Assembly (NCBI GenBank): GCA_048885525.1
Contig: JBHLLP010000005.1
Coordinates: 78,345-119,644 of the forward strand
Reading direction: 5' to 3'
DNA length: 41,300 nucleotides
Source of the DNA: Candidatus Hermodarchaeota archaeon
GTDB taxonomy: Archaea > Asgardarchaeota > Lokiarchaeia > Sigyniarchaeales > SOKP01
The notes under the pieces were generated by a model. The model saw nothing but the letters and a program-made list of their open reading frames with translations. It did not search any database and was not told the DNA's origin. A program made the translations under genes and the position numbers. Positions 38,064 through 41,300 of the stretch are shown piece by piece (within the stretch, counting starts at the first letter, position 1; each line of letters begins with the position of its first letter).

Positions 38064-39740
38064 GTGAAAACTATGGAACTTGAAAAAATGGAAAGGAAAG
38101 GAGTGGATACCGCTCGAGAACTCGACCTCAAGAGGAGTATCGAAGAAAAAATGCAAGAAGAGTTGAAATACGAGAAACGTCACCAAGATTGGACGTATAA
38201 GATTATGAAATTCAATCCAATCGACCCTTTGAATGACTTATATCGGTACATTATAAAGCGGATGGACTTGAAACACATCGAAGGACGCCTACAATGGTGG
38301 GCTGCTTACATTTATATTAAATGGGCAGTCCGAACGTTCTGGAACTTCAAAGCGGAATATCCAAAAGGGAATATGTTCCCAGAATATGGTCCGGGTATTT
38401 TAGTGGGCAATCACGAGTCGCACATCGACCCTTTCTTTTATGGAGCAGCATGTCATCGCAGAATCCGTTATATGAGTAAATTGGATAACTTTAAGACTCC
38501 TGTAGTTAGAACTCTCTTTAATAACCTTGGAGCATTTAGGGTAGATCGTGAAAATCCTGAACATGGGTGGGAAAAAGCAAAGGAAATAATACGAGGTGGA
38601 GAATGGGTAGGTATATTCCCAGAGGGTACTAGATCTAAGGATGGAGAACTTGGAGAGTTTAAAACTGGAGCAGTAAGACTTGCAATTGAGATGGATGTAC
38701 CAATAGTTCCTATGGCGGTAGTAGGTTCTATAAATGCGTTACCTAAAGGAAAGCTAGTAATGAAACCAACTCAAGTTATAGTACGTGTTGGCGATCCAAT
38801 TTATTATCATGACTATGATATCAATACTGTATCTTATGAAGACATAAGAAGATTAACTGATGAATTGAGAACAATAGTTTGGGAATTACGCGAGGGGATC
38901 TATGGAAAAGAAGATGAGGAAGAACTTTCTATTGGTTCACTAGAAGATGCTGAGAAAAAACCTAAGTTTAACTTCATGAGCTATTTAAAGGATCAAGGGA
39001 AAGGAATTCTAAGGTTGATTGATGATTCTTGGTACGCTCTTTTAAAAGCTTTAGAAGAGTTTGGAGTAAGGAAGCAGTTTCAACACACAGTTCAATGCTT
39101 TTCAGGAGATTTAGTTTGTGGATGGTCTGATCTTATGATGCCTTATAAGGTAATAGACTTTGATAAATATATACCAGCAGAAGGTGCTGCTCTTATTTGT
39201 CCAAGCCATAATTCTGAATGGGATGTACTTATTTTAGCAGCAAGTATAATACATCATCCACCTAGACGAGTTATGTGGCAAATGGCAAAACAATCGTTAT
39301 TTAAAATACCCTTAGTGAATGCGTGGGTTAGAAATCATCATGCATTTCCATTAAAACGTGGAGAGCATGACGTAGATTCGTACAATTATGCGAAAGAACT
39401 TCTCAATAGTGGAGAAGTGGTCTGTACCTATCCAGAAGGAACTACTAATCCTGGAAATGGTCAGCTTCTAGAAGGTCATACTGGTCCCATGAGATTAGCA
39501 ATAGAAACACAGGTTCCAATAATTCCTATTGGTATAACTGGCACTGAAGCTACATATCCGAAACATGCAAAAATGTTGAAATTTTATAAGGGTCAAATAT
39601 TAAGATGTGGTCCTCCATTTATGGAACACCAAAAGTACTGGGGTAAACCAATGCCAGATTACGATGAGCTTAAGAGATTAACAGCAAATATGATGGATAA
39701 AATCAGAGATTTACTTTTCTATGATACTCATGATGTATGA
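38064..39740 (+). CDS. Tandem lysophospholipid acyltransferase (two PlsC domains)
   Basis: Domain 1: NHESHID, FRVDR, FPEGTRS, PIVP. Domain 2: SHNSEWD, FPLKR, YPEGTT, PIIP. Probable start is the ATG at 38073. Confidence 0.88.
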   Translation: MKTMELEKMERKGVDTARELDLKRSIEEKMQEELKYEKRHQDWTYKIMKFNPIDPLNDLYRYIIKRMDLKHIEGRLQWWAAYIYIKWAVRTFWNFKAEYPKGNMFPEYGPGILVGNHESHIDPFFYGAACHRRIRYMSKLDNFKTPVVRTLFNNLGAFRVDRENPEHGWEKAKEIIRGGEWVGIFPEGTRSKDGELGEFKTGAVRLAIEMDVPIVPMAVVGSINALPKGKLVMKPTQVIVRVGDPIYYHDYDINTVSYEDIRRLTDELRTIVWELREGIYGKEDEEELSIGSLEDAEKKPKFNFMSYLKDQGKGILRLIDDSWYALLKALEEFGVRKQFQHTVQCFSGDLVCGWSDLMMPYKVIDFDKYIPAEGAALICPSHNSEWDVLILAASIIHHPPRRVMWQMAKQSLFKIPLVNAWVRNHHAFPLKRGEHDVDSYNYAKELLNSGEVVCTYPEGTTNPGNGQLLEGHTGPMRLAIETQVPIIPIGITGTEATYPKHAKMLKFYKGQILRCGPPFMEHQKYWGKPMPDYDELKRLTANMMDKIRDLLFYDTHDV

Positions 39741-39760
39741 TGTATTGAGGAAATATTTAG

Positions 39761-40816
39761 ATGGAAACAAGTGAGCACATAAGTAAAAAAAAAATTAAAG
39801 TTGGAATACCAAGAGCACTTCATTTTTATAGATATTTTCCATTCTGGAAAAAATTACTTGAAGAATTAGATGCTGAGATCATTTTAAGTCCACCAACTAA
39901 TAAGAAGATTGTTGAGGAAGGTGTAACCCATGGATTTGGAGAGCTCTGTATTCCTGTAAAGATATATTATGGTCAAGTACTGAAGCTAGTTAGAGAAAAT
40001 CCAGATCTAGATTATATATTTGTTCCTAGGTATGTCGCAGAAGTGAAGGAAGCGTATTTCTGCCCTAAATCTCTATCTTTACCTGATGTTATTAAAATCT
40101 TACCAGAAATTCCGAAAATATTAAACTTTGAAGTAAATGTAAAAGAATTTCCAATAGCATCCTCTGCCATCGAGCTTGGAAGAGAATTAGGAAAAACTCA
40201 AAATCAAGCACTTAGCGCATACAGAGAAGCACAAAAATATTTTGATGAATATCACGAGTTCCTAAGAAATGGTGCTCCCGTTAATCATGCATTAAGGTTA
40301 GTGGAAAGGAACCGCCCATTTACTCTACCCAAGAAAAAGCAAAAAGGAGATATTAAGTTCTTACTTTTGGGTCATGCTTATAATATTTTTGATACCTTTA
40401 TCAATTTAGATTTTGAGAAGAAATTAAGAGATCAAGGTGTTGAAGTACTCACAATCGAAAATCTACCCGAATCTCTTTTCAAGGAACCGGTAATCATAAA
40501 TAAGCGTTTACGTAATTATTGGCGTCATGAAGAGGAAATTATGCAATCTATTAGATATTTCCTTACAAAAGGTCGAGGTGAAATTGACGGAGTTATTTTC
40601 CTTATAAGTTTTGCTTGTGGACCAGATAGTCTAATTTCTGAATTAATTATGCGAGATATGAAAGTTGTAGGATTAGCTTTCTTGGAAATTACAATGGATG
40701 AACATTCTGGAGAAGCAGGTTTATTAACTCGTGTTGAATCCTTCGTTGAGATGGTTCGGAGGAAAAAGAAGAAGTTAGCAACGGATTTAAAAAAGAAAGA
40801 AACAATAAAAATTTGA
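39761..40816 (+). CDS. DUF2229 / 2-hydroxyacyl-CoA dehydratase-related Fe-S protein (PlsA/Ger reductase-module-like)
   Basis: KVGIPRAL..Y...PFW, LSPPT, ELCIPVK, YIFVPR, FCPK, LGHAYN, FACGPDS and DEHSGEAG..TRVESF motifs. Confidence 0.8.
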   Translation: METSEHISKKKIKVGIPRALHFYRYFPFWKKLLEELDAEIILSPPTNKKIVEEGVTHGFGELCIPVKIYYGQVLKLVRENPDLDYIFVPRYVAEVKEAYFCPKSLSLPDVIKILPEIPKILNFEVNVKEFPIASSAIELGRELGKTQNQALSAYREAQKYFDEYHEFLRNGAPVNHALRLVERNRPFTLPKKKQKGDIKFLLLGHAYNIFDTFINLDFEKKLRDQGVEVLTIENLPESLFKEPVIINKRLRNYWRHEEEIMQSIRYFLTKGRGEIDGVIFLISFACGPDSLISELIMRDMKVVGLAFLEITMDEHSGEAGLLTRVESFVEMVRRKKKKLATDLKKKETIKI

Positions 40817-40938
40817 TTTATTATCAATACTAGACTTTATAAATAAAAGAAAAAGTGTAAATTCTTTAGTATCTTCTTTATAATAATATATATATAACAA
40901 TAATCGTTTCGTTCAATAATCCCAACCCTGTTTTTGAC

Positions 40939-41300
40939 ATGAGCGAAGAAAAACTAGCAATACATAAAAGAAAAGTAGAAGCTATCTCTGAAATGGTTAG
41001 AAATGCGTACGATAACGCGAAGCCGGGGGAATATTTCTCTCTAAAAAAAGCGAACGTTTCCCACATGGCTCCACAACCGGATAACCCGATCTATAGTGAC
41101 AAGCCGATAGACGTGAAGTCACTTACAGACATTATTGAGATAAACCCGGATACAAGGATGTGTATTGCAGAAGCAGGGGTTACTTTTGTTAGGCTTGCAA
41201 GAGAAACCTTAAAGTATGGGCTCGTACCGCAATGTGTTTCCGAGCTCAAGGGAATCACGATAGGCGGGGCAGTAGCAGGATGTTCAGTTGAATCCATGTC
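40939..41300 (+). CDS. FAD-binding (PCMH/VAO-type) oxidoreductase, DHCR24/BfaA-like; runs off the window; not in ORF track
   Basis: Open from ATG 40939 to the window end: HKRKVEAI...IDVKSLTDIIEINPDTRMCIAEAGVTF..L..ETLKYGLVPQCVSELKGITIGGAVAGCSVESM. Confidence 0.8.
   Translation, partial: MSEEKLAIHKRKVEAISEMVRNAYDNAKPGEYFSLKKANVSHMAPQPDNPIYSDKPIDVKSLTDIIEINPDTRMCIAEAGVTFVRLARETLKYGLVPQCVSELKGITIGGAVAGCSVESM

Noticed and set aside
1-41300. Short opposite-strand or alternate-frame ORFs in the track (e.g. 295-477, 1244-1465, 3469-3732, 8357-8623, 14963-15250, 24251-24616, 27037-27293, 29260-29705, 40525-41297)
   Set aside because: They shadow longer genes with clear family motifs and have no recognisable domains.
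1-41300. Genome-wide stop-codon reassignment (TAG, TAA, or Sec-TGA)
   Set aside because: TAG, TAA and TGA all end full-length genes here. The interruptions are of mixed types and include a frameshift, and I found no in-frame TGA at a Cys position.
1-41300. CRISPR arrays, tRNA/rRNA genes, IS elements, prophage or defence genes
   Set aside because: I saw no periodic repeat-spacer pattern, GC-rich structured RNA block, or transposase/integrase motifs.
30188-41300. Sterol biosynthesis pathway from the SRD5A-like and DHCR24-like genes
   Set aside because: The genes are 10 kb apart on opposite strands, no squalene epoxidase or oxidosqualene cyclase is present, and both families have non-sterol substrates.

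Overview
AT-rich archaeal chromosomal window, most likely from an Asgard archaeon (Lokiarchaeia/Promethearchaeota). Evidence: two Loki-CTERM-type sorting signals, three small Ras-superfamily GTPases (one longin-fused), archaeal TATA and GAGGTG Shine-Dalgarno (SD) signals, and many dispersed acyl-CoA enzymes. It holds about 38 genes covering housekeeping (nadB, aroA'-type aldolase, XPF, PMM/PGM, PUA protein), peptide and amino-acid catabolism (HypD glycyl radical enzyme, tryptophanase, peptidases) and beta-oxidation. I recognised no rRNA, tRNA, CRISPR or mobile element. Best candidates for undescribed biology: (1) a right-end lipid locus with a tandem PlsC-PlsC acyltransferase, a closely linked DUF2229 protein of the plasmalogen-synthase (PlsA/Ger) class, and a DHCR24/BfaA-like FAD reductase missed by the ORF track. 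This could be a bacterial-type acyl-ester to ether lipid route in an archaeon. (2) A degenerate Rab-like GTPase fused to a ribbon-helix-helix DNA-binding domain, whose promoter carries four GTAC boxes in two 11-bp-spaced pairs, suggesting an autoregulated GTP-binding transcription factor. Also present: a SRD5A-like reductase, an unannotated 35-aa membrane microprotein, an orphan Loki-CTERM cassette and three interrupted genes. All family assignments come from motif recognition by eye; no database search was run.
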